Shown here one piece after another: positions 37,909-52,207 of a stretch of 64,000 nucleotides of DNA (positions are counted from its first letter, which is position 1; the number at the start of each line of letters is the position of its first letter). Source of the DNA: Paraspadella gotoi (lineage: Eukaryota; Animalia; Chaetognatha). The stretch spans positions 9,494,538-9,558,537 of the forward strand of contig CM119266.1 in assembly GCA_051294375.1 (NCBI GenBank), written 5' to 3'. The position numbers and the translations under genes were made by a program. The notes beneath the pieces were generated by a model. It saw nothing but the letters and a program-made list of their open reading frames with translations. It had not been told where the DNA came from and ran no database searches.

Positions 37909-38779
37909 GTTGTTTCAACTACTATTTTTTTAAAAAGATGAAAAAGATTTTTATTTTATTTTATAAGATATATCAAAATAGAGATTTAGTAAAATTATAA
38001 ATGAAAGTTTACAAAATATATAGGTTTTGCCATCTTTTTTACCCTAAAAAGTTATGAATTTTTTTTAAATGGCTATTTAGATTAGCCTTTACATCCCTTA
38101 ATTTCAAAAGCTTCAAAGGCAAGTCAAAAATTTTTTTTCCAATGTCTGTTCGTTCATTCCATCCCAAGTCCAATCGCTATTTCCAATACCTAATATTACA
38201 CTCGATCCTTGTATAAATGGACATATGGTTTGCTTAATCCTTTGCGCGTTCCTCAATGAATCGTTGCTCTCGAATTGTACAGGGGTGGGACCTTATATCG
38301 AGACAAACCTAAACGTCCTGCCCTGTCTGAACGATTTGAGATACAATAATAAAATCGAGTTGAAAAAGTTTTATCTGGCTTTTTACTTTTATATACAATG
38401 AAACAAAATAAATTTTTAAGCAACTACAAGGCGTTGTGGATGTTTTCAAAACAGTCGTTTTTATTATTTTATTATTATTTGTCAATGGTCGTTTCAGAAC
38501 ATGACAGTGTTATGTCTTATCTTCAATTGACCTGATTTTCATCACTATCCAAATTAAACATATTTAATATTTTTTAAGGTAAGTAAGACAAAATTTTAGG
38601 AAGATCATAACGAATATATGCTTAAATTATCAAATACTTTATGTATTTTTTACTTTTTTAACGCTTTTATTATGCATTCAGAAATCTAACATGATTAACA
38701 TAATTATTTGACAATATCGTTAATAATTTTTTTGATATAAGTAAGTTTTAATAAAGTTTTAGTGCATAAATATTTGTGA

Positions 38780-39130
38780 TTACAAATTGGTCAAGTTCAA
38801 AAATTGAGTGAGAGAGAGAGAGCTCAAAGCTTCCAACATAGATTTGAGGGAAAGGTAAGTTAGATGGTGAGGAAAGCAGAAGTTTAACTCAGAATGAGGG
38901 ACAGGGATGAAAAGAAAATGAAAGGTAAACAAAGAAAATAAATACAGAGGTAATAAATTAAGAATTGGCATTTAGACAATTTAAATGAAATAAATTACTA
39001 ATGAGATTAAACAGAAACTTGAACTTGTATGAAATATAGTGAACGTGAAATTTAATTTGAAATTAGAAAGAGTAAGTGAATGAAGCTCAAAGTGAGCTGA
39101 TCTCCTCCCCCTTTAAATGGTGAGGGGTCA
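38780..39130 (-). mobile_element. Decayed repeat related to the PLE-like fragments at 17.7 kb and 61.5 kb
   Basis: Shares (GA)n-ttccaa.a.aga..ttgag..aagg with both copies, and aagctcaaa.tgagc with the 61.8 kb copy. Confidence 0.5.
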
Positions 39131-40238
39131 GTGGCAGTTTAGGGTTGGTCATTGGGGTAATCATTTGCCTGTTACTGGAAAGCATCAGGGATAAGACCGA
39201 GAGCAACACCTTATATAACAGGGTGATGTATCTATAAGAGAATGGTTACCCTGATTATACATGATATCGGTTAATATATGTTCAGAGGATATTTAACAAG
39301 TGACTTACTTAATGGTTTGGAGCCTACTTGACTGGCTTCTTGGTAAGACTAATGAACCTAAGTGTTGAGCTAGCAAGGGCATAGTGATTCAAACAGACCC
39401 TTGTAATCCCAGCTGTCTAAGGGATAATTCTCTGAGAAAAAATCTTTCTTACTAAACAGCTGGAATCACAAGAATAATTAAAGTTGTAAACTAGCATTAT
39501 AATTAAATCATTAATTATTTAGCTATTAATTGAACATGAATATTGAACATGAACAACAAACAAACAGAAATCATTTACTAATGTAAAATATTAATATTAA
39601 ACCTTGAGGGCAATAGAACTAAAATTTATCAAAGCTTAATCAGAATACGACAATATATAAATGAGATTGAGGAACTCAATCGCATTTGAGATAATCCACA
39701 AATTAATCTGCTACACTTTCAGAAAATCGACAAATTTGTATTCTTTTAAGGTCATTTGAAAATGCTCATATACACTAAAAAAGTGTAAAAAGTTTTCAAA
39801 AAATACGCTAGTTATCAGAATCATAAGTGACTGTGACAGTTAGTGACTTAGTCCGTGCCAATATTGCCTATAATGTAGTCGGAAAGTCCGAAAAATATTT
39901 AATAAAAGTTTTATAAAATTTTTATTCATACAATAAAATACGGGGTAACGATTATAAAAGGAAAGTGAATACTTTTAATATTCAAAAACCCAGAATTCTC
40001 TTTTTATTACATATAAAAGTTCCAAATACCAACCAAACGAATACTGCAGAAAATTAAAAATGGACTAGGCTCAAAAAAAACTCCCAAACCCTCAAATAAA
40101 AAAAATAGGATTCAAATGGGATTTATACTTGATAAAAATACGTTTACGTACTGGCTTTAAAAGAAAAATTTCAATTTATTACAAAAAAAATTCTTCATCG
40201 ATATATGATAATTAAACCCTAAAATTATTTTTTTTAAA

Positions 40239-41159
40239 CTAGAGCTTTTCCATTCTGTTTTGAGCTCGGGCCATTCGTATCTCATTAGTTTCGGCCTAAA
40301 ATTTTTAAAAAACCAGATAAATGATTAGTGTGTGGCTAAAAGACAGAATTACTCGCATTATAATTAACCTTAGTAGTAATTCGCTCAATTCTGTCATTGT
40401 GATCGTCGATAGTATTTCCCATATCCAACGCCATATCTTTCAGCATTGCAATTCCTCTTCCAACATCTTGAAGATTTTCCTAAAAATAAAATAAGTTAAG
40501 AATATAAAGGACGAAAGAGTATCATTAAAAAATCGAATTATTCCTACGTCCATCTCATCTTCTCGAGAGTCATCCATGACCCGGTGAACGTATGGTCCAT
40601 TAGTATCAATAGCATGAACACCGTTATTACTAGAAACGACCGTCTTGTCTTTGGTTTTGGATTTTTTTTCTTCAAATCCTTCCCTGAAATAAGACGAGAA
40701 ATACAGTTCAATTGTTTTTTCAATACAAACGAAAATGAAATATTAACCTATATGAGGCGGTGCCTTCGAACCGTTTCCACCGCCTCCAAGGAAGAACGCA
40801 CAAACCACAGCATTTTTCCATCTCTTCAATGTTCTGCTCCGCGTCTCTAATTCCGATGTTGATGTCCTCCAAGCCCTCTTCCACGCGTTTCAATTGTTCT
40901 CCCTTTGGGCACAAATGAAAATATAAACGTTTTTTAATTCAAAGAAATAGTGTAATCAACCAACCTGCTCGTCGAGTTGCACCATGGTGCCAACGGCCGC
41001 CTCCTTCGACTCCTCGATGAGACCGACCATTCTGCGGGTGGAGGCGAGGGACTCGTCGGCGACCACGTTGGCCTTGTCGATGTAGGCCTGCTTCTGGGCC
41101 AAGGGATCGTGGGTACCGCCGACTCGCTGTCCGCCTCCGCGATGAGAATGAGACGCCAT
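40239..41159 (-). CDS. SNAP25: SNAP-25/23 Qbc SNARE
   Basis: DESLASTRRM..L.EESKEA...TMVQLDEQGEQL.RVEEG, KCCGLCVLPW palmitoylation cluster, DSREDEMDENL, LKDMALDMG. Confidence 0.93.
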
Positions 41160-42365
41160 ATCTTGATTCTCAGCCGAGGGTGCTAGAGAAGAGGGTGTTT
41201 GGGGTAGGGGGGATCTCTGGGGAATCAGTCGCAGCGTCGCGTTTACAATGAATGTCGAAAAATGATTCAGTTGAAGGGACGTGAAACTTGTGAACTTTTC
41301 GGGCCAAACTCCCTAATCCAAACGCGGTATATCATGGTAATTGAAACTAAAAATATAAAAAGAAACAAAATCATTAACTTTCTGATAATTCTCGTTTCAA
41401 CTAGGTAATTTATTTTTGCAAACCAGTAAAATAAAATTTCACCGATGCCTTTCCCCAAAATGCAGAAAAAGTAGCAGAGACCAGGAGAATCGAAGAGATA
41501 AAACTGTATTTATTCCCTTCGAGCTGATACACCCTTTTCGTGTTTCGAAGGAGTTCTTACGGTTCCGCGACGGGAGAATGGTCGGAATTAAGAATTCCGA
41601 AGCTCCGATTGGACGAAACCGAGTCAAAAAATCTTTTGACTTCTAAATCTAGATAAAGGACATAATCAGCCTTTTGTTTCTGGGTATAATTAATAATTAA
41701 TACATGTAATTATTTTACAACTTTCAATAATGTCTCATCGGTCACTTAATAAAAGCACGATACGTGTTTAAATTTTAAATTATTTATAATGTTGAATAGT
41801 AATATGTTTTTGGCAAGTTGCGCTAATTAATTTACTGTCAGAGCGCAAATCAAAACGCTCAAGTTGTTTATAAATTTGCCTATGATAATATTAACAACAA
41901 TATATTCTATAGCTTTCAGGACTTTCTAGCTTATTCAGTATATTCTTTTCTAACTTTTTATGTTTAAATAAATGAAAAAAAGAAATAACAAAAAGCTACG
42001 TTTTTTGTTTTTCAAATTAACAAAACAAAAAACTAGAACAGCGCGTTGTCTTCCAGGCGACGTAGTATTTCTTAAGTGTTCATTCATCTATAAATTATCA
42101 ATTATATTAACAAAAAAGTTTTATACTCTACTATAGAATTTAGAGTTAGAATTTTCAATAACAGCCCGTAAAATTACTATTCACAAAGCATAATTTATCA
42201 TTTTTTTAATATTTTCAGTCCGTCAAAAACAATTATTATACAAAACTCAACATGTTCGGTTCTAATGAAATAATGGCATGAATCATCTCAAAATATCTCG
42301 CGTCAGAAATGAAGGCAAACGGACGAATCTCACTCCCCCCTTAGGTCCCACCCCCAATCCCAATT

Positions 42366-43951
42366 TCAATCATGATCGCTCTCGTCTTCGTCACTTGTCT
42401 CGTCGGGTTGGTCCGTCTCGTCGCCGCATTTCGCGCAATCGCACTCGAACAAATAATTCTCCCTCAAGATTTTGTTCCTCGAGTGTCGGCTCCGACTTCT
42501 CTGGCACTCTTCCAGATAAGATATGCAGATCTCTTCGCCGGCTTCCAAGTCCGCCGTGGCGACCAACGCCAGAGAGTTATTGCGCGAAGGAAACGTGACT
42601 TCGGCATTGGGATCGCAACTGTGGTTGCAAGCGGATTGAAGTCTGGAAGGGCGAGAAAAGATGGCAATGTTAAGGAGCGCTTGGGCAGATCCAAGAGATA
42701 AACCCAACACGTCCCCCACCTGTAAAGACCGGCTCCCTCGTTGTTCATGAAATCCGTTCCCGTCTCTTCCTCGATTTTCTCATAAATTTCGTCGACGAAT
42801 TCCTCTAGTTGGATTTTTTCCGACTCCGACAATCGATCCACATTTTGATACCAAGACGAGAAGGAATTCGTACCGATTCCTTGACTGTTTTGCCCTCAAT
42901 ATAAAATGAATTAATTACAAAAATTAAAATGAATAAGTAATAAAATAATTAAAAAAATTTACCTACTAAAGCTAAGAACGTCGGAAACCCTTCCTCCGAA
43001 AGCCAATCTTCCATATCTTCGAAATGCAAGAATTGAAGCAAAGCTTCTCTGATCTGAGATCGTTGACATTGAAATCTTTCGCCCAGCAGCTTATGTGTGA
43101 ATTGACCGTCTGTAAATTTGATGATAATAGTAAATAAAACTCCCACAATATATAGGCAAATGCCGATGATTTCTTTTTTACCTTCGGTTTTAGTTCTCTG
43201 ACATAACTTTGAAAACACAGTTTTCATTTGAGGATCGATCCGCACCTAAACGAAGTAGCCAACTTTTGTCCTTTGTGAAAGAATCAAAGGGCCGAGAGAT
43301 TTCGGATCTTACCATAGCCAGCATCCTCGTGAAAATCTGGATGCCGGCGGTCTCTGGGGGATAATGAGTATTTCGCCAAAGCTCGTCCAGAATGTTGGCT
43401 GGGTGAGTCTCGTCCGCGCCCGAGCATCCAGGGCAGAGGATCACGTGATACCGCGACCAAGCTTCGTCGCGACACTCTTCGGAGCAGTAACCGACGCCGC
43501 AGCGAGAACACTGAACATGAGTCGAGGGATCCATTTCGTCAAGGTCTGCGGGGGGAAGGCGGTTTAAAGCAAAATGAGAGACGATTTAAGAAAAGGCCGA
43601 TTAATGACCAGTCTTACGTTTTCCCGGCAAAACCAAATCTGGGATTTTTGTCAATCTCCTTAGATTTTCTTCTGCGGTTTCAAGGGCAGCCATGCAATGA
43701 TCGCACGCGCGATAACCGTACAACTTGTTCCAAGAAAACTGAGCGCATACTAAACATAAAGAGGACATTGAATCAAAAACGACTTTAAAATGTCGTTCCA
43801 AACAAGAATTTATTTTTTTTTTCTAACCTAATGGATCCTCTTTAAAAATCGTCGTGCCTTTGGGAATCGGTCTAGTCGCGATGAGCCCTCGTCCTTTCGA
43901 CTTGGAAATGAAGTCTTCTCTGAAAGGCGGGTCATTGTCTACCTTCGCCAT
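42366..43951 (-). CDS. SMYD5: SET and MYND domain protein 5
   Basis: [76 protein letters not shown], acidic tail. Confidence 0.92.
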
Positions 43952-44652
43952 CGAAAGTGATAGCGTGATTTCGAATAAGTAGTAATAATCTGGAATATAG
44001 ATCATTTACTATAAAACTACCTAGTCCGTTTCTAATCGGGAGATTTTGGAATATAGCGGCGGCAACATAAAATATAGGCGGTACTGTCGTAAGGATAGCA
44101 TGAGCTACGAAAGAGTTGTCGGCAAGAATTTCACCTTCGTACTTAGTTTATAATTATAATGACAAAAACTTAATTAGTATGGATATCAACATCATAAGTA
44201 AAGATTACTTAGAAAATCTAAACGATTAATTAGCTACGAAACGTTTTTATTTCGGCGAGGACATTCATAAATGAAAAAAAATTTAGAAATGATAAAAACA
44301 AAACACGATCCAATCGGATCTGTAATCGCTACCTCAAAAATTATGGGGTAAAAAAACTACATAATCAAGGTTGAGACGAAATGACCATGAGCTTCTGTTT
44401 GAAAACTCACCCGCCAAACAATTTACGAAGATCTCCTTCCTAAAATTTTAATAGTATTATTTAATAAGAAAACACGCCGAAATGATTGGCAAAAGAAATC
44501 ATAATGTTCTTCACCGACTGCATTAATATCTAAATAAAGTGAATTAATCTGAAGCGGAAATTTAGTGAAGACCTGTCAGGAACAAAACTCCCTAACAGAC
44601 CGACGAATAAAATTACTCATGCGATCCTTGCGTGATAAAAACAAAGTTTTCG

Positions 44653-46914
44653 TCAGTTCGACGTCGCGCGACTTTCCACGGTGTCGTCTCCCGCGACCTT
44701 CACGCTCTCCGTCGCCATTTCGAATTCGTCGTCGTCGTCGTCATCGTCTTCTTCGTAGCTGTCGATCTCTTCGTCGTCGGAGATGACGGAGAGATCGATT
44801 TCATCCTCGCCGGGAATCGGTGTTCCGTCTTTTTTGGTCACCTCGACCCCCGCTTTGCCGGCGAGCATCCGGTGTAGGGAACTGGAAGGGTGGATGAGTA
44901 TTTGGGAGATAAGAGGGTTTTAATTTGGACACAAATCAATCCTAATAACGTGGTCGTCGAAAGTCAACTGTCCGCCACCCTCACCGATACTGCCACTTCC
45001 CCGGCATTATTGAACCTGTATTGGGAAACGCCGGAAACGGAGCTGCCGATGACTTGTCCGTCGTTTTTAGCGGAAGCGCCGTCTGGCCGCGACGACGAAG
45101 ACGAGATGCGTACGCGAATCTCTTTAAGCCTCATATGGATTTCCGTGAAATTGTATTTCCCCGAGCAGCCATTCAGAAAATCGGCAAATTGAATTCGGTC
45201 AAAGTTCTTAAAATGATTGGCTGTAAAAAAAAAAGGTCGAACGAAAAATTAAAAAAATAAAAAAGGATTTCTTGCAATAATTTATTCTTTCTAAACAACT
45301 GCTTCGTTGCACATTAAACAATTAGATAGTGGCAGATTTTTCATGTAAATAGCGTCCGGATCACAACAACATAGCGTCGCAGCCGCTCACCAGTTTTTAC
45401 GTAGTAGTCGTAGTTTTTTAAAAATTCCTCCCCAACGACTTCTTTCAAAAGTTGAGGAGGGCATTGGGTTTTTCCCTCGAGCGTATCGCAGACTGCGACC
45501 CTCAGAGTCTCGTGAGTGATGATATTATTGTAGTTCTTCACTCTTCTATCGGTGACTGTTAATAAGAAAATGAGAGATTGAGAATTCAGATTGAGAATAT
45601 TTAAATCCTCGGCAATTACTGGGAATTTTAGCGTATCCGGGCTCGTTCATATGAGGCTTGTCTGTCATGAGAGACTGAATTGTGCAGAGGAGACTCGAGA
45701 TGGTTTGGGAGGCTGTCCATTGTGGTCCCGCCCAAGTCCCCAGAATGGACAGGCACACTTTTCCACAATTGTAAAAGTTCGGATTAAATCGTACCTTTTT
45801 TGAATAAAATAAATGTGAAAACAAAAATTACCCAAAAGCAAATGAATTTAGTTTCTTCAAACCTTTCCGTATCCCGTCGTCATGAGTTTGACTGAAGGCG
45901 GTTTCCAGGGGTATTCCTTGCCGAAGTCGAGGTAAAAATGGAAGAATCCTCCTTGGTAAGGAGTGTCGCGAGGACCCACGATGACGGCGTCGATTTTTGT
46001 TATGTCCGCGTCACGAGTCAAAACAAAGATTCCTTCTGGTGGATCGCTGAAGAATTCTGTTTCAAAGAAAAATCAAGTATTCAGAATATAAAGTTTTATT
46101 AAATTTATTAAATTACATTGTTGAACGATTAGGTTTTCCAAAAGAGCAAACATGAAATATTAAGAAATAAGGATTAATCACAATTTAAAGTGTTGAATCC
46201 AAATCTATCAATATCAAGTTTTGAAGTCAAGTCAATTTTTTTTGGAATTGAAACCCTCACCTGACAAATCCCGCTTGATCCTTTTCATGCATATATCGGG
46301 GGAGGCGCTCGAGGCGAGGGTCGGCGACGGAGGTCCGTGGGTTTTTTTCTGTTTCTTCCAGGGTGCTTATCAAAAAAAATCAAGAAAGTATACAATCCCA
46401 ATTCTATTGACATGATCAAAATGATCACGATACTACTCGGCTCTCAGTATGTATGAAACATGGGTGCAAAAAACTCGTCTGCCAAAATGAAAATGTTATG
46501 GCTTGAGTATGTATGAAGTAATGTATTAGTTATTTGCATTTATTTTCTAGTCATGTGATCGCATTTCCCAGTATAATCAAGAGAATACACCAGTATGAAA
46601 CATATGCATAAGAAGACCGGGTTACCTTGCTCGGAAGGCACTGGGTTTACGGAGGGACTAGATGAATGAGGGACGGACATTCCCGACGAGGACGACGACG
46701 ATGCTGACTCGGACGACGAAGCTGACGAGGAGAACGAGGTCGCTGAAGAGGAAGTCGACGGCCACGACGACGCCGACCCCGACGGCAACGTCGCACTAGA
46801 AGCACACTCGGTGGTTCCGCCGGGCATGGAGCAATCGTCTGAGTTCTGATCTGGAGGTTCTGGTAGGGGACCGGCCGACATAATCCCGTGCATGAATTTA
46901 GTCAGGTGATTCAT
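44653..46914 (-). CDS. UBE2Z: Ubiquitin-conjugating enzyme E2 Z (USE1)
   Basis: [46 protein letters not shown]....[26 protein letters not shown]. Confidence 0.9.
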
Positions 46915-47139
46915 GAATTGTTATAATTGTTATAACTGGTATAAGCGGCGACAAAAAAATAATCATAAACAAGAAAAATAGCATGACAAACATTTTAAAT
47001 ACAATACATTTGTCGATAATTTCAAAAAATAAAATGAAAAATTGTAACTTATGTTGTCACTTAAATTAGAACCTGTATTTTTGAAAGTAGGCGGTGAAAT
47101 TGACGACTTTCTCCCAACTATTAAAATCAAGCTCTATCA

Positions 47140-48723
47140 TCACTCGACCTCTTCATCTATTTTTCCCGGCCAACCTTTGAACTTCTTCCAAAGGGGAAAC
47201 AACAAAGCGTAAAGTCTTTTCCCCTGCAACCGCACATCGGCTTCCGGGCGACGGTTCAAGTCGAACAAGAGGCTTCTGAGGGTCACAGCTTCCGTCTCCG
47301 AGACCAGCGCCCACATCAATGTCTCCTCGGGAGCGACTCCGGTGAGTTTCGTCGACGAGGAGACTGGGTCCACGCCCTCTTCGAGACTTTCCAAAGCGTT
47401 GGCGAGAAAACGACAAACGCCGACTGCGAAGTTTATCTCCCACTCGTCTCGCTGAGGTTTGCCCGTTGGCGACAGACATAGCCACCTCGAGAGACCCATC
47501 GGTGCCTGCGAGCTCAGCAGCACCGGCGCTACCTTCGAACTGGTCGAGACGTTGAGAAGAAGTTTCCGGGAGAGATCTCGAACGTCGTCGTCGACATCGG
47601 TCGTCGAGTCGAGGTTCGTCAGCAGAACTCCAATGACTGGGACAAGCGCCTCGTGAAGAGCCGAGTCGAAGGTGAGATTTATCAAGCAATTCAATGCACT
47701 GGATTTCGTCGCAAGCGATCTATCAACGCGAAGGAGCATCGACGTCAGCGACGGCAGAGTCACGCCCATTCTCTTTGCATTGTCTTCGTCGAGCGCGAGG
47801 TTGGCCAATCCTCGGGCTGCCAGAGCCAAGACTTCGTCGTCCGATTCCTCGCCTTGCAGCAGGGCGTGCAGAGCAGTGATGCAGCCGGCGCGGCGGAGAA
47901 AATAACGGTTGGCCGGAAAGGATGCGGCGTTGGCGGCGACGACGAGGGCGCGATTCATTTGGCGATGAGTGGGCGAGAGAAAGGCGACGAGGGCGCGAGC
48001 TTCGGACGGCGATAGAACCGTCTGTTGACGCTCGATCTCTTCCAAAGAGGATCGACGGAGAGAGCGAGTCCTTCGCTTCTCTTCGATCGTAACGTTTCTC
48101 ACTGAAATGCGCTGTTGATCGTTTTCGCTTGGCGAAACAGTTTCGGGGTTTAAATCGCGAGGAGAGAGGGAAACGATCGTTTCAGGAGCGTCGTCTTCCT
48201 CCTCTTTCGCTACCACCGCGTGGAAGGAAAAACGAACATCGTCTTCCGGTGTCGTTAAAAGCGGCTCGAGAGACGACGACCCAGGGGAGCATCGATCTTT
48301 AAAGTTTCCGTCCAAGAGTTCGTCAAACGAAGGGGACTCGACCTCGCAAATTCCCGGGGATTCGGACAACGATTTCCATCGATCGTCAGGAGTTGTCAAC
48401 GACAGATCGAAAGGATCCGAGGAGATCGAGTCGTCGATGGCAAAACATGATTCGATCCCGAAAAACTCTTCCCTCACGGGGGACGTTTCCTCGACAGCGA
48501 GTCCCGCCGAATCGTTCAATTTCTCTATAGAGGATTCTTTCGAGCGCTTGTCGATGGACGAACCAAGGGCGTGGGGTTGCCCGTCGTCGACTTCCGGCGG
48601 GGACGCCGAACGGCGTTTCTCAGAACGAAGCCTTTTGATGAGGTAGCCCAGGATAACAGCGACGACGACGCCGCCTCCTCCGCCCACGACCAAACCGACG
48701 AGTTGACCTCTGCTGAAAGGCAT
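47140..48723 (-). CDS. ARMC10/ARMCX-like protein (N-terminal TM anchor + armadillo domain), intronless
   Basis: N-terminal hydrophobic anchor followed by basic residues; C-terminal helical repeats ANAASFPAN, LANLALDEDN, ALNCLINLT, KLLLNVS. Confidence 0.7.
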   Translation of the reverse strand: MPFSRGQLVGLVVGGGGGVVVAVILGYLIKRLRSEKRRSASPPEVDDGQPHALGSSIDKRSKESSIEKLNDSAGLAVEETSPVREEFFGIESCFAIDDSISSDPFDLSLTTPDDRWKSLSESPGICEVESPSFDELLDGNFKDRCSPGSSSLEPLLTTPEDDVRFSFHAVVAKEEEDDAPETIVSLSPRDLNPETVSPSENDQQRISVRNVTIEEKRRTRSLRRSSLEEIERQQTVLSPSEARALVAFLSPTHRQMNRALVVAANAASFPANRYFLRRAGCITALHALLQGEESDDEVLALAARGLANLALDEDNAKRMGVTLPSLTSMLLRVDRSLATKSSALNCLINLTFDSALHEALVPVIGVLLTNLDSTTDVDDDVRDLSRKLLLNVSTSSKVAPVLLSSQAPMGLSRWLCLSPTGKPQRDEWEINFAVGVCRFLANALESLEEGVDPVSSSTKLTGVAPEETLMWALVSETEAVTLRSLLFDLNRRPEADVRLQGKRLYALLFPLWKKFKGWPGKIDEEVE

Positions 48724-49177
48724 GACTTGCCCATGTCCGAGTCGTGACTGAAACGCGCTAAAATCCCGAGCTTTCCTCGGGCAAATATTCGATCCAGATC
48801 CGACTGGGAGATCCGAACTCGTCGGCGCGAGGCCGTCTTCGAGCCAGAGATCTTTCTTTTAGTTCGCTTCATCATATCCAACATCATCATCAATTCATCA
48901 TAGTCATCATCATCATCATCGCCAAAGATCGAATCGATTACTGAGCGCGAAATTTTAAACGAACTCTTCATGAAGAGTAGATTCGAATAATTTCCAACGG
49001 AGCTACTAAATCTAAATTTAAATAACTATCTGATGAAGATACGAAAAAAAGCCAAGTTGCCGTAAATAAACATTCGTAACAGAAAACATTTTTTAAGGAA
49101 TAAAGCTGTTCATGAAAACTAATCAAAAAGAAATATTGAAACGAACAAAATCGGGGATAAGAGGGAACAAAAGAAAA

Positions 49178-51739
49178 CTAATTTCGAAGCCGAATGTAGA
49201 AGGATCCCAGCACAGCAACGAAACCAGCAACTCCGACGATCCACGGAACGCCCCGCCGACGAAACTTGGGCGCGGATCCCTTGTCGTTGTTGTTGATCTC
49301 GTCGACGGGCAGGCAAAGTTCGACGACGTCCGTTTCGTTGACAGTTTGATCGAGGACGATAAGTTCTCTTTCAAGGGCGCGAACGTTGGACAACGCCTCG
49401 GCAACGCCTTGGCGCAGTTGCAGGGCAGCCTGGTTGTCGATCCCAGTCTCGAGAACGCTCGAATGAGTTTTTATCTATGGGTTGGAAAAAAAAAGTTTAA
49501 AATATTGATTTTTCAAGAAATTTCGCGTAAATTTGGGCATTTTGGTTTCGTCGTGCACGAGGTCACTGGCCAATGGTAAAGCTGGGCCATTATGACGATT
49601 GAAATTGGACCACTACGCCTTAGCAAAAGCAAGAAGTTTTGAGGGCAAGTCTCGTCTGCCTTTGTACTCCTGTTAGGTCTCATAAACGTCGTTGTTATTT
49701 ATAAAAACAAAAATTAAGAGACAGGAAAAAAATTTCTCCGTCATTTCTGGTATGTTTCATTGATAACCCCTTCAACGTTATGTCTCCAAATTAAGTTTTA
49801 CAAAGTTTTTCAAGGTCGAAGTCAGCGGAGACTACTACGTATTAAAAACCATACTATATTCCGCTATAATTTCAAGAGAAAACGAACCTGATCGGAAGCG
49901 TAACCGATGGAACTACACATAAGACTAGCGTGCTTGGCTAAATTAGAAACGATGGCGGCCGCTTCAGAACATTTCAATACGTTTCTGGATTTAGGGTCGA
50001 ATTGTTGCAGGGAAGATTTGTTCCATGGTTGTTTGTGGACGGCGTGAATAGCCTCAGAGATCTTTTTCACATCACCCATTTTCACCCCTGCGTAAACGGT
50101 TTCGGTTGGAGGTTAAATTTTTTTTTTTTTTGTCTCATACATTCTGCGCGAAATAAATCTTCTTAACCCACCCAAATGAAGCAGATCAGCTTCGGAGAGC
50201 AAGAGCAACTGTTTAAACGAGATCCTTTGCTCCTTGAAAACGTCAATGAGGTCGTTTAGTTGAAGGCCGTAAAAGAAACTTTCCAGTTCTCCGTAAAGTG
50301 TAATCCCGTTGTACGAATCTGCGGAAAAGGTGGAAAAGTTAAAATACGAATTCGATCGATGACAAAAAGTGGAAACTTACCCAGGGCGCTGACGGAACTT
50401 TGAAGTTTGGATCTGTCGTGCAATATGTTGATGACGACGACGTCTCCGCCGTCCAACGCCAAATCCTTGGAGGTTTTTCCTTCCACATTCATTTTATCTC
50501 GATCAGCACCCGCTGATATCAACTCCTTCACGCATTCCGCTCTTCCACCTTTGACAGCTAGCATCAAGGCGGTGTGTCCTAAGAGGATCAAAATTTGTAT
50601 TCACGACATTCCGAAATCAAACATTTCTCGTTTCCTTTTCTTTCATATTAATTCTTTTTCAAATCATCTTCAGTCTTCTTATTATTAACGTACCTCTATA
50701 GCACTTTTCATATTTTTTCCCCTTTAATTAATGTACAATTTATCATAAATCATCCGATTCCCCCCCCCCCATTTCCTCACCTCTCGCGTCAAAGGCGTCG
50801 ACTTCTACTCGGCCATTTTCCAAAAGGTAACGCACGACTTGGACGTGGCCCTCCATGGCGGCATACATGAGGGGCGTCGTGTGATACCTGTCTTTCGCCT
50901 TGGGGTCGGACTCGTGATCCTCGATCAAAGTCTTGACAATGGCGAGGCAAGACGCTTCGTCTCCTCGGCACTTACAGGACGCCATAAGAACTACGTTAAA
51001 GAAAACCATAGTGCGCGTTAAACAGAGTCGAAAGAGCTCAAGGTCAAAAAAACTAAATGTGCTCACCGCTGAAGCTGTCGATGTGGTGTTTGGGATTAGC
51101 GCCTTTTTCCAAAAGGATCTTGGAGACTTGTAAGTTTCCGACGTCGACGGCAAACATCAGCGGCGACCAACCGGAGCTGCATTCCGAACAGAAATGTAAA
51201 CAAAATGAAATGAATGGGCGGATGACATTAAGTTTAAAACAACGCTAATGATTTATAAATTCTTCAATGATTGTCCAAAACGATTGTAAAAAAGTGCTTA
51301 TAAGCTACAGCTGACTCAAATTTAAAAAAATACCGCGATGTAGCGTTGACGTCGAAATTTTCGGTGAGCATTGCTTTGACTATTTCTAACTTATTGGCAG
51401 CCAAAGCGCGCCTGAAGTCTTCCACACTGTCGTCCTTCGAGCGAATTGTGGTTGAGATGCTGATAGTAAAGAGAAAGGCATATCATTGACTTAGTATTTT
51501 CATATTTATTACATTACTGAACGATAATCGTCTAAAACCATTTACCCGCACGAATGATCAGTCGGTTTTGAGCCGAAGAAACTCCTTTGACTGGCGTCGC
51601 CCGAACCATCCTCGTATTTCCGAGAAAATGATTCCGAGGGACGACTGACCCACGATGTCCCGAAATCGTCGTCCTCGGAGTCGTAATCATCTTCCGCTCC
51701 GGCAGGGACGGCGACCGGAAAGCGGCCGGTCTTCGCCAT
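49178..51739 (-). CDS. ASZ1: ASZ1/GASZ (ankyrin-SAM-bZIP piRNA pathway protein)
   Basis: N-terminal AVPAG...SEDDD.W, ankyrin repeats (SGWSPLMFA, TPLMYAAMEGH, GHTALMLA), SAM-like exon (FKEQRISFKQLLLLSEADL), coiled coil and C-terminal TM anchor. Confidence 0.85.
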
Positions 51740-52207
51740 CGCCGGGGTTTGTTTTGTGACTGAAAAACCACATGAGTCGCAAAAGTAGTAAAAATCAAAA
51801 AGGTAAAAAAGTTAGTTTTCCAATCACAAGAGTAAATATAGTTTTGTAAAAAAGTCTTATGAATAAAATTAATCTTTAAGAAATGAGTAATGTGAAAATG
51901 TGTAATATTAAATTTATTCGGTTTTACTGATAAGAAACATTTCATTAAAGAAGAATTCTAATGATAAGACTAGCTTTCACCACATCAAAAGCAATACCAA
52001 AATTCGCTGCGATTGCGACAAAACGAGGGGGGAAGGCTCAGGGGGGAAGGCTAACGTCCGATTTTCGTCAAAACAGAACCATCATGAAAAAACTAAAGTC
52101 TACGTTGTAGAATGTATAATGGAATGTATAAAGTAATAAGGTTTGCCTTTTGCAAAATATAATTAGCACTGAACGATAAAACGTTGATAAAATTTATTGA
52201 ATAATAT

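Noticed and set aside
38280-38340. Possible GIY-YIG remnant (QTGRTF..RYK-like) on the minus strand
   Set aside because: Needs two frameshifts over a short stretch; not supportable without an HMM search.
52026-52052. Duplicated GGGGGGAAGGCT between the FN3 gene and ASZ1
   Set aside because: Two short copies only; no basis for a functional call.
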